IMG/VR virus record: IMGVR_UViG_3300036829_000172
Location: 62,195 to 126,194 of that record
Direction: 5' to 3' (one strand)
DNA length: 64,000 bases
Origin: a virus
Lineage: Duplodnaviria > Heunggongvirae > Uroviricota > Caudoviricetes
Shown: positions 1 to 9,893 of the stretch, one piece after another
Layout: each line of letters starts with the position of its first letter
How positions within the stretch are numbered: position 1 is the first letter of the stretch
Program-made: the position numbers and the translations under genes
The notes under the pieces: model-generated
The model's database searches: none
What the model saw: the letters and a program-made list of their open reading frames with translations, nothing else
Told to the model about the DNA's origin: nothing

Positions 1-618
1 CAGATCCAGCCAGTCGCAGCGATGCCGATGCCGATGTCAGGCACGTCGATGGGCGCCGCGTCCCCGATGTCGGGCATGGGTGCAGCGCCGGGGCTGGGGG
101 CGCTCGCCAGCCTCATGCATGGACCACACAGCGGGGAGTCAGTGCCGAGCGCAGCGGCGCAGTCTGACCCTACGGAGGTGGGGGCTGCCCCGCTGATCGG
201 CAACGACCCTCGCTCCGTCGCCCGCTACATCTACCAGCAAGCGCGAGCCCACGGTTACAGCGAGCACGACGCGCTAGCCATCACTGCGTACGCGAAAGGC
301 GAATCCGGCTTCAACCCCAGCGTGAGCGGAGGCCCGCAAGGCGGGGCAGGCTCCGAGAACGTCGTCGTCGGCAACTTCCAAGAGAAGGCCCAATTCGCTC
401 GCGACGCCGGGCTGGATCCGGCACAGCGGTACACCGTCGAAGGCAACACCGAAATCTACCTGCGGACCCTGGCCCATCACCGCAACGATCCCGGCGACAT
501 CTTCGACCACCTGTTGGCGACCAGCAGCGGAGGTCCCATGGCGACAGGCGGGCGCGCCAAGATGGGCGAGCTCATGGCCCAGACGCGTGAACTGCTAGCA
601 GGACCGGCGTCAGTGTGA
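1..618 (+). CDS. 5'-truncated protein with C-terminal lysozyme-like/transglycosylase domain
   Basis: Frame open from base 1; Met/Gly/Ala-rich linker, then AITAYAKGESGFNP...GNFQE, resembling the lysozyme-like catalytic Glu helix; GTGA-coupled to the NlpC/P60 gene. Confidence 0.6.
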   Translation, partial: QIQPVAAMPMPMSGTSMGAASPMSGMGAAPGLGALASLMHGPHSGESVPSAAAQSDPTEVGAAPLIGNDPRSVARYIYQQARAHGYSEHDALAITAYAKGESGFNPSVSGGPQGGAGSENVVVGNFQEKAQFARDAGLDPAQRYTVEGNTEIYLRTLAHHRNDPGDIFDHLLATSSGGPMATGGRAKMGELMAQTRELLAGPASV

Positions 619-1670
619 CCATCGAAGCGTTCGTGCGGGTGTCCGGACAAGTCATGGGGCAGGTCCGCGAATCGTTCGGGCCCGGCGGCGACCGAGCGCT
701 GACACCAGCTGGCGGCAAGCCAACACCAGGACAGCCGCAAGGATCGGGTCAGGCCGCAGACGCGTCGGCAACAGACTCGCAGCACGTCGGAAATCACGTG
801 ACGGCGCTGGACAGCCACGACACCCAAGGCAGCGCGCAGTTGGGCGGAGCCGCCGGAGCGGCGAGCGCGGGCCGTGCCCGGATGGACGCGGTCATCGCCG
901 CGGCGGTAGCCGACGTCAACGCCTTAGGAATGTCGACGAACAGCCCGCAAGGCCGCGCAGCCCTCGTCGCGGCGATCAAACGACACCTCGAGGACAGCAA
1001 GTCAACGCTCGACGGGGCGGCAGCCGACGCCAGCACCCGCGCGGCCGCAGCGAACACCACGACCGCCGCTTACAACGCGACCGCACCCGCACCACCCGCG
1101 GGGATGATGCCGCAGGCAGCGTCCATGCTCGGCTCTACGATGCCCGCGGTCACAGGTATGGCCGGTATGGCGGGGATGCCCGCATCGATGATGTCCGGCC
1201 TCGGCGGTGCAATGCCGCCGCTGTCGCCGCTGACGAATCTGATGCACGGGGATGCCCCAGACAGTCGCCAGGTGTCGGCGAACATCCCCGACGCGGCGGT
1301 CACTAATGATCGCACGGTCGCGGGCGGGGCGGTCCGCCGTGCTCTCGCGCAGCTCGGCAAGCCTTATGTGTGGGGGGCGACCGGGCCCAACGCATTCGAC
1401 TGCAGCGGCCTGGTGCAGTACGCCTACAAGGGGGTCGGCGTCGACTTGCCGCGTGAAACCTACGGCATGATCCATATCGGTCAACAGGTGGCACCGGGCC
1501 AGGCGCAAGCAGGTGACCTGGTGTTCAGCAACTTCTCTGCGCGCGGTCCTGAGCATGTGCAATTGGCGATCGGGGGCGGACAAGTCGTGGAGGCTCAACA
1601 AAGCGGGGTGCCGGTGAAAGTATCGGCGATGCCGGCGGGGCACGTCGTCGTCAAACGGGTGGTCGCATGA
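615..1670 (+). CDS. NlpC/P60 peptidoglycan endopeptidase with N-terminal helical (DUF4226-like) domain
   Basis: QLGKPYVWGATGPNAFDCSGLVQYAY...HVQLAIGGGQVVEA (catalytic Cys/His); typical neighbour of plasmid ESX loci. Confidence 0.9.
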   Translation: MTIEAFVRVSGQVMGQVRESFGPGGDRALTPAGGKPTPGQPQGSGQAADASATDSQHVGNHVTALDSHDTQGSAQLGGAAGAASAGRARMDAVIAAAVADVNALGMSTNSPQGRAALVAAIKRHLEDSKSTLDGAAADASTRAAAANTTTAAYNATAPAPPAGMMPQAASMLGSTMPAVTGMAGMAGMPASMMSGLGGAMPPLSPLTNLMHGDAPDSRQVSANIPDAAVTNDRTVAGGAVRRALAQLGKPYVWGATGPNAFDCSGLVQYAYKGVGVDLPRETYGMIHIGQQVAPGQAQAGDLVFSNFSARGPEHVQLAIGGGQVVEAQQSGVPVKVSAMPAGHVVVKRVVA

Positions 1671-2074
1671 ACGGCCTGTTGGATTCCGGATGGGGGCCGC
1701 AGCGCACCGGCATGAACTGTCCGGGCTGCGGGCACGACTGGTCGTTCCACTTCACGTATGAGAACGAGTGCAGGTTTCTGCGTGGCGGCGTCGATGGCCA
1801 CGAGCTGTGCGACTGCACGAACATCCCTCCAGCGGGAATGCAGATCGAGATCATCAACGGTGGTGGTCTGTGGTTCGCGGTCACCACAGGAGAGCCCTAT
1901 ACCAAGGCCGACGAGGCGAACTGGCGGCACCTCGATCCGCAGATCGAATGGTCCACCGCGGGCCTGGTCACCGTGTGGCGTTGCAGGAACTGCACAGCTG
2001 CTGGCGGTGGACGCCCTGAGGCGATGCGCGTGCAGGCGGCCAGCCATGTATGTCTCGGAGGACGACCGCGATGA
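1667..2074 (+). CDS. hypothetical Cys-rich protein
   Basis: ATGA-coupled to the NlpC/P60 stop; CPGCGH and CRNC motifs. Confidence 0.55.
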   Translation: MNGLLDSGWGPQRTGMNCPGCGHDWSFHFTYENECRFLRGGVDGHELCDCTNIPPAGMQIEIINGGGLWFAVTTGEPYTKADEANWRHLDPQIEWSTAGLVTVWRCRNCTAAGGGRPEAMRVQAASHVCLGGRPR

Positions 2075-2131
2075 GTCCGCCGCCTGGCGTTCACGTTTTG
2101 AACACCCACCCACGAGATAGGAGCAGCAGCG

Positions 2132-2311
2132 ATGGCGAGAATGGTGTGGCCGCAAAAGGTGTACGACGCCTACCTAGACAACGGGCCGCAGGGCCGGACG
2201 TGCAAGGCGTGGATCGCCAAACCCTTCATCCGCGTCGTCAGTAACGAGGAGTTTGAAGCGCTCACGGAAGCGAAGCGGGAAGGGAAGCGGGAAGGGAAGC
2301 GGCCGAAGTGA
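2132..2311 (+). CDS. small hypothetical protein (59 aa, MARMVWPQKVY...KREGKREGKRPK)
   Basis: Hand-translated; AGGAG upstream; stop overlaps the eccB GTG start. Confidence 0.55.
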   Translation: MARMVWPQKVYDAYLDNGPQGRTCKAWIAKPFIRVVSNEEFEALTEAKREGKREGKRPK

Positions 2312-3834
2312 CGCAGCGAGAACAGCGCGGCAGTATGCGCGGACTGCCGTACGCGTCGCTGGAACAAGTTTCCGCGTGGCGGTTCCTGTCGCACCGCGTG
2401 TCCGTCGCGATCGGTCGCCGCAACGTGCGGCTCGTCCATGACCCAAGCAAGAACGCGTCAGCGAGTCTGCTGGTAGGCGTCGTCGTGTCGGTACTCGTCG
2501 TCGTGATCTGTTTCATCATCGCGTGGATCAAACCTCAAGGGCAGGTCGGCACAGCGCGCATCGTCGCGGACCGCGCCAGCGGCGCTGTGTACGTCGACGT
2601 CGACGGCATCATGCACCCGGCGCTCAACCTCGCCTCGGCGAGGCTCATCACAGGCCAACCCGACATCCCCAAACAAGTCCCGATGAGCGAGATCCGTAAA
2701 TCACCGGTCGGGCCGGCCGTCGGGATCATCGGAGCCCCCAACGACCTGACTGCGCGCACGCCCGACGACACCGGGTGGGCGTTGTGTGACCAGCTCGGCT
2801 CAGCGGGATCACAAATCATTCCGAGAACGACGGTGCTGGCCGGTCTGCCGACGTTCGGGGACTGGGCGTCGCAGATGGTCGCGCCGAGGTCCGCGCTGAT
2901 GGCCTACGACGGCGACGCGTTCGTCGTGACCGACGGGCGGCGCGCAGCAATCGATTTGGCCGACAAGGCGGTCACGCTGGCACTCGGACTACCGGTCGGC
3001 GATCTTCACCTCGCGCCGATGAGCAAAGCTCTCTACGAGGCACTGACCCCGGCGCCGCCGTTACGGGTGCCCGACGTCCCGAATCCCGGCGGTCCCGTCG
3101 GCTACTCAACGCCCAACGTGCCGGTCGTGTCAGGGTCGGTGCTGAGGGTGTCTGACGTGTCTGGCCAGCCCGAATACTTCGTCGCGCTGCCGGCGGGCGT
3201 TCAGCGGGTACCCGTGACGGCGGCGACCATGATCCTCAACACGGGAATCAGCGGCGGGCAGGTCATCACCACCCAGTCGGCGGTCGTGGCCACGCTGCCG
3301 CAGGCGGTCGGATTCGATGTGTCCGTCTACCCGCCAGGGCATATCGACCTGGTAGACAAGGCTGTCGAACCGGTCACGTGCGTGGCGTGGCGCAAGACGA
3401 GCGGCGAACCCCGCGCGCAGGTCAGCACTATCTCGGGTCGGCGGTTACCGATCCCGGTAGGCGACGAGCGCCGTGTGATCCGACTGGTGCAGGGTGGGCA
3501 GGGAGCCGCCGACCAGGTGTACATGGGAACCGACTGCGCGAACTGGGTGCAGGTCACGGGTGTGGAGCCGGCGTCGGCGCGAGCTGAAAGCCTGTGGTGG
3601 ATCGCCGACAACGGAGTCCGGTTCGGGGTGCCCAGCGGCGGAGTGATCGCAGGCAACCAGACACGGCAAGCGCTGGGCCTCACCGGTGCGCCTACCGCCG
3701 CGCCGTGGGCGGTGATCCGCTGGCTACCCGCAGGACCAGCCCTAGCGAAACAGGCTGCCCTGTCCGAACATGACACTCTCGGTGCCGACCAGTCCGCCGT
3801 CCCGCTACCAACAAAACCGGAAGGTGCGTCGTGA
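2308..3834 (+). CDS. eccB: type VII secretion protein EccB
   Basis: QVSAWRFL, N-terminal TM, LNLASARLI, GIIGAP, W.LCD, DNGVRFGV, APWAVIRWLPAGPAL. Confidence 0.95.
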   Translation: MTQREQRGSMRGLPYASLEQVSAWRFLSHRVSVAIGRRNVRLVHDPSKNASASLLVGVVVSVLVVVICFIIAWIKPQGQVGTARIVADRASGAVYVDVDGIMHPALNLASARLITGQPDIPKQVPMSEIRKSPVGPAVGIIGAPNDLTARTPDDTGWALCDQLGSAGSQIIPRTTVLAGLPTFGDWASQMVAPRSALMAYDGDAFVVTDGRRAAIDLADKAVTLALGLPVGDLHLAPMSKALYEALTPAPPLRVPDVPNPGGPVGYSTPNVPVVSGSVLRVSDVSGQPEYFVALPAGVQRVPVTAATMILNTGISGGQVITTQSAVVATLPQAVGFDVSVYPPGHIDLVDKAVEPVTCVAWRKTSGEPRAQVSTISGRRLPIPVGDERRVIRLVQGGQGAADQVYMGTDCANWVQVTGVEPASARAESLWWIADNGVRFGVPSGGVIAGNQTRQALGLTGAPTAAPWAVIRWLPAGPALAKQAALSEHDTLGADQSAVPLPTKPEGAS

Positions 3835-4976
3835 GCAAGGAAGGTTTCACCCGGCAAGAGGTATTGCGGCCCTCGCTGCCGGAAGACCAGAAGCAGGTCC
3901 CCAACCCCGGCGAGATCGAACGCGCACCGCAGTCACGGCCGCCGACGTGGGTGTGGGTGGTGATCGTCGTTGTCGGGGTGGTGGCGCTGATGGTGATGCT
4001 GTACCTGTCGGGAGCCCGGCAGCTGTCGACAGGTAGTTTCTTCATCTTCCCGATGGTGATGGTGTCGATGCTGATGATGCTGCGCACCCGCGGCGGTGGC
4101 GACCGCAAAAACCGTCCGGCAGCCGTCAACCATCGGCGCGCAAGCTACCTTCGAGGCCTCGACGAACTGCGGGACGGCCTACACGGCAGCGCGGAGGCGC
4201 AGGCCCGCGAAACCGCGTACCGGCACCCCGACCCGGCGACCGGATCACTGGCAACCCTGATCGGCAGCGGGCGGATGTGGGAGTGCTCACCGCGTGATCA
4301 CACCTTCGGGCACGTGCGTGTGGGCGTCGGGATGAGGAGGCTGAAAACGGTCCTCAACCCGCCGGAGAAGGTACCGCCGCCCGAGCACCGGGAGACGGTG
4401 ACGGCGATGGCCGCCCGCGACTTCCTGCTGGCGCAGAACGTCGTTCACGACGTCGCCCGCCCGCTGCACCTGTTCGACCAACCCGGGTGGTGTTTCTTCG
4501 CCGAACCCGCACAGCGGGCGACGGTGCAGGGCGTGCTGCGGGCCCTCGTGTGTCAGCTATGCGTGTTCCACGGGCCCGACGACGTGCGGCTGGCCGTCAT
4601 CACCGACGACCTGTCGGCGTGGGAGTGGTCCAAATGGTTGCCACACACCGGGGACGAACAGTTCATCGACGCCTCCGGCCCGTCCCGCCTGCTGTTTTCC
4701 GACGTCGCAGCATTCGTTGACCGTTTCGGATCCGAGCTCGCCGGACGCAGCGCATGGACGCCGCAGGTTCAGGGCAGCAGCCGACCCGACAGCTGGCTGG
4801 TCGTGGTAGTCGACTACCCGGGCGCGGATGTGCGCCAGATTCTGGGCGGCGCCGGGTACTCGGGCGTGTCAGTCCTGGAAGCGACCGGCGACGACAACAG
4901 CATCCTGGCGACCAGGGCCACCGCCTTCCAGATGGACGAGCACGGCAACCTACTGAAAGCCGAGGATGACCGATGA
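3831..4976 (+). CDS. eccCa: EccC N-terminal part (2 TM + DUF domain, no ATPase domain)
   Basis: Two TM helices, YLRGLD, HPDP, RMWE, HVRVGVG, CQLCVFHGPDDV, WEWSKWLPH; ends before ATPase 1. Confidence 0.9.
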   Translation: MSKEGFTRQEVLRPSLPEDQKQVPNPGEIERAPQSRPPTWVWVVIVVVGVVALMVMLYLSGARQLSTGSFFIFPMVMVSMLMMLRTRGGGDRKNRPAAVNHRRASYLRGLDELRDGLHGSAEAQARETAYRHPDPATGSLATLIGSGRMWECSPRDHTFGHVRVGVGMRRLKTVLNPPEKVPPPEHRETVTAMAARDFLLAQNVVHDVARPLHLFDQPGWCFFAEPAQRATVQGVLRALVCQLCVFHGPDDVRLAVITDDLSAWEWSKWLPHTGDEQFIDASGPSRLLFSDVAAFVDRFGSELAGRSAWTPQVQGSSRPDSWLVVVVDYPGADVRQILGGAGYSGVSVLEATGDDNSILATRATAFQMDEHGNLLKAEDDR

Positions 4977-7870
4977 CGCTTGCAGGTTTGCGGTTCGCCG
5001 CCAGGGCTGACGTCATGCCGCTACATGAGGCGGAAGTGCTCGCGCGGGCGCTGGCCCGATACACACCGCTCGACGATATCGCCCGGGCGCTAGCGCAGCG
5101 CGCCGCCGAACAACGCGCAGGGCAAGAATTCCTCGACGTGTTCGGCATCACCGACGCCCGGGAGTGGAACCCGCGGACCCTGTGGGAAGCCGTGAAGAAG
5201 CCGGGTGAGAGGCTTAAGGTCCCGCTCGGTAAGGACGCGGGCGGCAACATTGTGTGGCTGGACCTCAAAGAAGCCGGGCAGGGCGGGCACGGGCCGCACG
5301 GGTCGCTCGCCGGGATGACCGGGTCAGGCAAATCGAAGCTGTTGCGCGCGCTGGTACTCGCGCTGGCGATTCTGCATCCGCCCGAGGTGTGCAGGATCCT
5401 GCTCGGTGACTTCAAAGGCGAAGCCGAGTTCGCCGGACTGGAAGCCCTGCCGCACGTCGTCGGTGTGGTTTCTGACCTGTCGAGCTCAGCAGCCAAACTG
5501 GACAGGTTCGAAGCGGTCCTACGAGGCGAACTCGCGCTGGTGAGCGAAATGCTGGCCGAGGCCAAATACGACAGTGTCCACGACTACGAACTGGCCCGGG
5601 CCACCACCCGACCGGACCTGCCGCCGATCGGTGCGCTGGTGATCGTCCTTGACGAGTTTTCCCAATTGCTTAAAAACCCTAAAGTGGGCGCACAAATGGC
5701 AGCGGTCTTCGACGAGGTGGGCATGCAGGGCCGCTCCAAATGGATGCACATCCTCAACGCGTCCCAGCGCGCCGAGCAGACCAAAGCCGGGTGGTTAGCC
5801 GCCAACCAGTCCTATTCCATGGTGATGAAAGTCAAGGACGCAGGAGAGGGCCGTGCAGCCGGGTCAGCGCTGGCCTTCGAGGAAATCACCCTGGGCAAAT
5901 CGCCGCCCGGTACCGCATTCCTGGTGGTCGACGGCGAGCACACAAAGTTTAACTCGTTCTATACCAAGGGCCCGTTCGTAGCGCCGAAGACGGCCGGAAA
6001 CCGGACGCAAGCCGAAGACAACTTCATTGACGTCCACGCGTTCACCGCGGCAGTAACGCCGCTGCCCGACAATCTCATCGAATCCCAGGAGCCGCAGGGC
6101 GACGAACAGATCCAAACGGTGCCAGATATCGACGCGCCCACCGTCGAAAGCGTGCTCGTGCACCAGATAGCTCAGCACGGCGGAGCCCCCGCCCGACCGA
6201 TGTGGCTGCCAGCGCTCGAGGAGACGGACGAAATACCGATCGACGAGATGACCCGCGAATTCTGGGGACGGCCGTGGGACAAACTGGAGCCAGACAACGG
6301 CCTGGTCGTCCCGTTCGCGCGGGAAGACAACCCGCTGCGCCACAGTCAGGGGCTCATCAGCCTCGACCTGTCCGGTGCACTGGGCAACGTCGTGATAACC
6401 GGAGCGACCGGCACAGGAAAATCGACCGCCGCATGCACCGTGATGATGATGCTTGCGGTCAGCCACAGCCCGCAGCGAGTGCAGATCTACGGGCTGGACT
6501 TCGGCGGAGGCAAGCTAGGCAGACTGGCCAAACTGGCGCACGTCGCCGGTATCGCCGGACGCGGCGAAGAAGATGAGCGGTGCCGACGGGTGATCGCCGA
6601 AGTGGAGCGTGTACTGCACTTCCGGATCCGGCACTGGGGCGCCCAAGGCCTCGACGTCGCAGAGTTCCGGGCGCGCAAATTCGGCGGAGCCGACGGTGCC
6701 GTGCCCGACGACGGGCACGGAGACGTGTTCCTCGTGGTCGACAACATCAAAGCGCTCAAAGACTCAGCGTTGGAGATCCACGACCGGATCGTGCAGCTAG
6801 CCGAGGCGGCGCTGAACTACGGCATCCACCTCGTCGTCACCTGCGACTCCTGGATATTCGCCAACACCGCCATCGAAGGCAAGCTGAGGTCGCGCATCGA
6901 GCTGCGCCTGGAGCACCCCGAAGAGACCAAATGCGTCGACAGGCAAGCCGCGAAAAACGTCCCCAACCAGCCGGGCCGCGGGCTGCAGCGTAACGGTAAC
7001 CACATGCTCGTCGGGGTGCCGCGGCTCTCCGGTTCCAGCCAACAGCAGATCGAACCCACCGTCACCGCCGTCAGCGGGCTGTGGGGTACCAGAGGTGTCC
7101 AAAGCGCACCCGTACTGCGTGTGCTGCCCGCGCAGATCGGCTACAGCGAACTGCCGTCAGCCCCGCCCGGCGTGCTGAAACTGGGGATCGGCGAGAAAGA
7201 AATGTCGGTGGTCGGGGTGGATCTGACACGCGCGCCGCATTTCTACTGCGCAGGATCGAGCACATCGGGACGCACCACGGTACTGGCCACCCTGCTGCGC
7301 GCCATCCAGGACACCTACACCCCCGAACAGGCTGAGGTCATCCTGTTCGAGCCGTCGAACTACGACCTCGTTGACACGGTCAGCCCGCAGTACCGCAAGG
7401 TGTACGCCACCGACAGCCAGGAGATCGAACAGCTTTCGACGTTGGTCGCGGAGGGCCTCGCCGCACGCCAGCCGCCGAGGGGAATGGCGGCCGACGAACT
7501 GGCTAAATGGCGCCCCACGGGGCCGAAATTGTTCATCGTGGTTGACGACCTGAACCTGCTGTCGCAGGGCAGCACCACCTCTGCGCTGCTGCCGCTGGTC
7601 GGAGCGATCGCGAAAGGCCGCCAGTTAGGGGTGCACGTGCTGGCAGCGACCAACGTCGAACGCTGGCACGCCGGGGGCGGGATGAACAAAATCATCGCCG
7701 CGATGACGATCGCGGGTACCGCCGCGCTGGTGATGGACGGGCCGCGCACGGAGATCATCGTCGATGCGGTCCGTCCGGCGCGGCGTGTCCCCGGGCGCGG
7801 GGAACTGTACTACCGCAAAACCGGCGGCGAGCTGATCCAGGTCGCCGTGGGCACCGATGCGCGGACATAA
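4973..7870 (+). CDS. eccC: EccC C-terminal part with all three FtsK/SpoIIIE ATPase domains
   Basis: GPHG..AGMTGSGKS + LVIVLDEF; GATGTGKS + VFLVVDN; GSSTSGRT + LFIVVDD. Confidence 0.93.
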   Translation: MTLAGLRFAARADVMPLHEAEVLARALARYTPLDDIARALAQRAAEQRAGQEFLDVFGITDAREWNPRTLWEAVKKPGERLKVPLGKDAGGNIVWLDLKEAGQGGHGPHGSLAGMTGSGKSKLLRALVLALAILHPPEVCRILLGDFKGEAEFAGLEALPHVVGVVSDLSSSAAKLDRFEAVLRGELALVSEMLAEAKYDSVHDYELARATTRPDLPPIGALVIVLDEFSQLLKNPKVGAQMAAVFDEVGMQGRSKWMHILNASQRAEQTKAGWLAANQSYSMVMKVKDAGEGRAAGSALAFEEITLGKSPPGTAFLVVDGEHTKFNSFYTKGPFVAPKTAGNRTQAEDNFIDVHAFTAAVTPLPDNLIESQEPQGDEQIQTVPDIDAPTVESVLVHQIAQHGGAPARPMWLPALEETDEIPIDEMTREFWGRPWDKLEPDNGLVVPFAREDNPLRHSQGLISLDLSGALGNVVITGATGTGKSTAACTVMMMLAVSHSPQRVQIYGLDFGGGKLGRLAKLAHVAGIAGRGEEDERCRRVIAEVERVLHFRIRHWGAQGLDVAEFRARKFGGADGAVPDDGHGDVFLVVDNIKALKDSALEIHDRIVQLAEAALNYGIHLVVTCDSWIFANTAIEGKLRSRIELRLEHPEETKCVDRQAAKNVPNQPGRGLQRNGNHMLVGVPRLSGSSQQQIEPTVTAVSGLWGTRGVQSAPVLRVLPAQIGYSELPSAPPGVLKLGIGEKEMSVVGVDLTRAPHFYCAGSSTSGRTTVLATLLRAIQDTYTPEQAEVILFEPSNYDLVDTVSPQYRKVYATDSQEIEQLSTLVAEGLAARQPPRGMAADELAKWRPTGPKLFIVVDDLNLLSQGSTTSALLPLVGAIAKGRQLGVHVLAATNVERWHAGGGMNKIIAAMTIAGTAALVMDGPRTEIIVDAVRPARRVPGRGELYYRKTGGELIQVAVGTDART

Positions 7871-7871
7871 A

Positions 7872-7888
7872 TAAACAGAAACTGTTTA
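7872..7888. promoter_or_regulatory. AT-rich palindrome TAAACAG-AAA-CTGTTTA upstream of the PE gene (operator candidate)
   Basis: Perfect 7-bp inverted repeat in the eccC-PE intergenic region. Confidence 0.4.
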
Positions 7889-7955
7889 CCGCTTGCGCAC
7901 CGTGGTTTAGGATCAGGCAGACATTACCGTTACAGCACGGCGAAAGGATCCGGTC

Positions 7956-8264
7956 ATGAGTTTCATCTTCACGGAGACCGAAGGGATGGTGGGCGCCGGT
8001 GCGGCCACCGCTGCACTCGCGGCAACCACAGCCGGGCTGAGCGGCCCCGCCGCCGCCGCTGCGGCCGTGCTGCCGCCCGGGCTCGACGAAATCTCAGCGG
8101 TCAACGCCGTCAGGATCGGGGAGCACGCAGCGCAGGTCGCCGCGATGCTGGGGATGGCGTCCGGGATCAAGGAGGACTACGGCGCCTCCGTCATGCTGTC
8201 CGGTGCGGTGTACACGCTGACCGACCTGATGGCGCAAGCCAGCATCGCCGCCGTCGCCGTCTAA
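7956..8264 (+). CDS. PE family protein
   Basis: MSF start, PPGLDEIS, C-terminal YTLTD (YxxxD secretion signal); Pro-Glu motif replaced by Thr-Glu; precedes PPE. Confidence 0.85.
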   Translation: MSFIFTETEGMVGAGAATAALAATTAGLSGPAAAAAAVLPPGLDEISAVNAVRIGEHAAQVAAMLGMASGIKEDYGASVMLSGAVYTLTDLMAQASIAAVAV

Positions 8265-8275
8265 GAGGTCAGTCG

Positions 8276-9487
8276 GTGCCAGCAGGTGCGTGGGGAGCGG
8301 ACCCGCCCGAGATCAACTCGGCGGGGTTCTGGTGCGGGCCAGGTGCGGGCAGTTTCATGGCCGCGTCCGCGGAGTTCGCCACGCTGGCCTCGGCGATCAT
8401 CGCGATGCTCGGCGGGGACCAGGCGGTCGCCGCGGCGCTGGCCTTCGCGTGGCCCGCACCCACCGGCGACCTCGCCGTCCTGGCCAACGTTCCCCACCTG
8501 TTATGGCAAGCCAACGCAGCGATCATGCTCGCCGAACACGCCGCCAAAATCGCCGCGACCGGCCTGGCGTTTGAGACGCTGAAAGCTGCCACCCCCACCC
8601 CGGCCGAAGTGGAAACCAACCAGATTACCCACGGAGTGTTGCAGGCCACCAACTTCCTGGGCATCAACACCCCCGCGATCGTCGCCAACAGGGCGCAATA
8701 CTTAGGCGACTACTGGGTGCGATCAGCCAGCAACAAATACGCCTACGGCGCCGCGTCAGCGGCCGGGGTTCAGGCCATCGAACCGCTACCCCCGCCGGTG
8801 ACGACCACGATGCCGATGGGCGGCGACCCCGCGCAAGCCACCAACAATTCGACCAACGCGATGCAGGCGCCGATGCAGATGCTCATGCCGGTGTTCAGTC
8901 AGCTAGGCCAACTCGGTGGGCAGTTCGGGCAACTGGCCGGCGGCGGCGGGCCGCTGTCAAGCATCATGTCGCTACCGCAGCAGGCGCTGCAACCGCTGAT
9001 GTCGCTCACATCGTCATCGTCGGGTCTGGGAGCCGTGTCAGACTCCGCAGGAGCGCTCAACGGTGGCGCAAGCTGGGTCGGCGGCGGCGCGTCCGTCGGA
9101 GGCCCGGTATCGGCGAGCCTGGCCACAGGCGGAGGAGTCGGCGGTTTCGGGGGCGCGGGTGCGGCCCTGGCACCGCTGCGCGGACCCGTCTCGTGGCCCT
9201 CGGCCACGGTGCCCGTCAGCTCGCCGAGTGCACCGCCCACCGCGGCCGCCGCCAGTGCGGCGGCGTCGGCGCCAACCAGCCCGGCAGGCATGGGCATGGG
9301 CGGCGGAGGCGCGATGATGGCCCCGATGGCTGCGCGCGGCGCGACCGAGCAAGAAGACAAGGACGACGCCGATCGGAGCGCCGCGATCCTGGGCTCCATC
9401 GCCAACTTCTACCGCGAGCCGGTAGCCGTCCCGGTGATCACCGGAGACGCGGGTGCGCTCATCGGAAGGGGGCCGATGGCTGACTAG
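8276..9487 (+). CDS. PPE family protein
   Basis: DPPEINSA...GPG, ATNFLGINTPAI, YWVRSA, Gly/Ala/Met-rich C-terminus. Confidence 0.93.
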   Translation: MPAGAWGADPPEINSAGFWCGPGAGSFMAASAEFATLASAIIAMLGGDQAVAAALAFAWPAPTGDLAVLANVPHLLWQANAAIMLAEHAAKIAATGLAFETLKAATPTPAEVETNQITHGVLQATNFLGINTPAIVANRAQYLGDYWVRSASNKYAYGAASAAGVQAIEPLPPPVTTTMPMGGDPAQATNNSTNAMQAPMQMLMPVFSQLGQLGGQFGQLAGGGGPLSSIMSLPQQALQPLMSLTSSSSGLGAVSDSAGALNGGASWVGGGASVGGPVSASLATGGGVGGFGGAGAALAPLRGPVSWPSATVPVSSPSAPPTAAAASAAASAPTSPAGMGMGGGGAMMAPMAARGATEQEDKDDADRSAAILGSIANFYREPVAVPVITGDAGALIGRGPMAD

Positions 9488-9537
9488 CGCGGTCACAACG
9501 GAATCGATCAACCACTGTTAGTGAAAGGAACACGGTA

Positions 9538-9849
9538 ATGGCTCAAGCCATTCATGGCGCGCTCGACGGCATGGCCGCCGACGCGCAAGGACTGCAAGCG
9601 GTCTCCGACGAGCAGTCCGCACTGATGTCCAGCCTGGCCTCCACGCTGGAAGGACTGGGCGCGACGCTGCAGGGCAGCGCGGGGGTGGCGATGCAGAACG
9701 TTGGTGCGCAGCTGCACCAGCGGGGGCAGATGTCCACCTCGCAGTTCGCCGATCACTCGGCGAAGATGTCCAACAACAGCAACATCCTCAACACGGGCGA
9801 TGAGGACAACGCCCACCTGCTCGCCCAAGTCGCGAACCTGACCTTCTAA
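9538..9849 (+). CDS. WXG100 family protein (EsxB/EsxD-like)
   Basis: 103 aa helical protein with central LQG variant; first of the pair after PPE; AAAGGAA RBS. Confidence 0.8.
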   Translation: MAQAIHGALDGMAADAQGLQAVSDEQSALMSSLASTLEGLGATLQGSAGVAMQNVGAQLHQRGQMSTSQFADHSAKMSNNSNILNTGDEDNAHLLAQVANLTF

Positions 9850-9893
9850 ACAGCGGTCAGGATCCGGCACGGATTTAAGGAGAGAACAAGCAC

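Noticed and set aside
2268-2302. GAAGCGGGAAGG short tandem repeat as a regulatory or phase-variable tract
   Set aside because: It is a 12-bp in-frame repeat encoding KREG in the small ORF 2132..2311, so slippage would not switch expression
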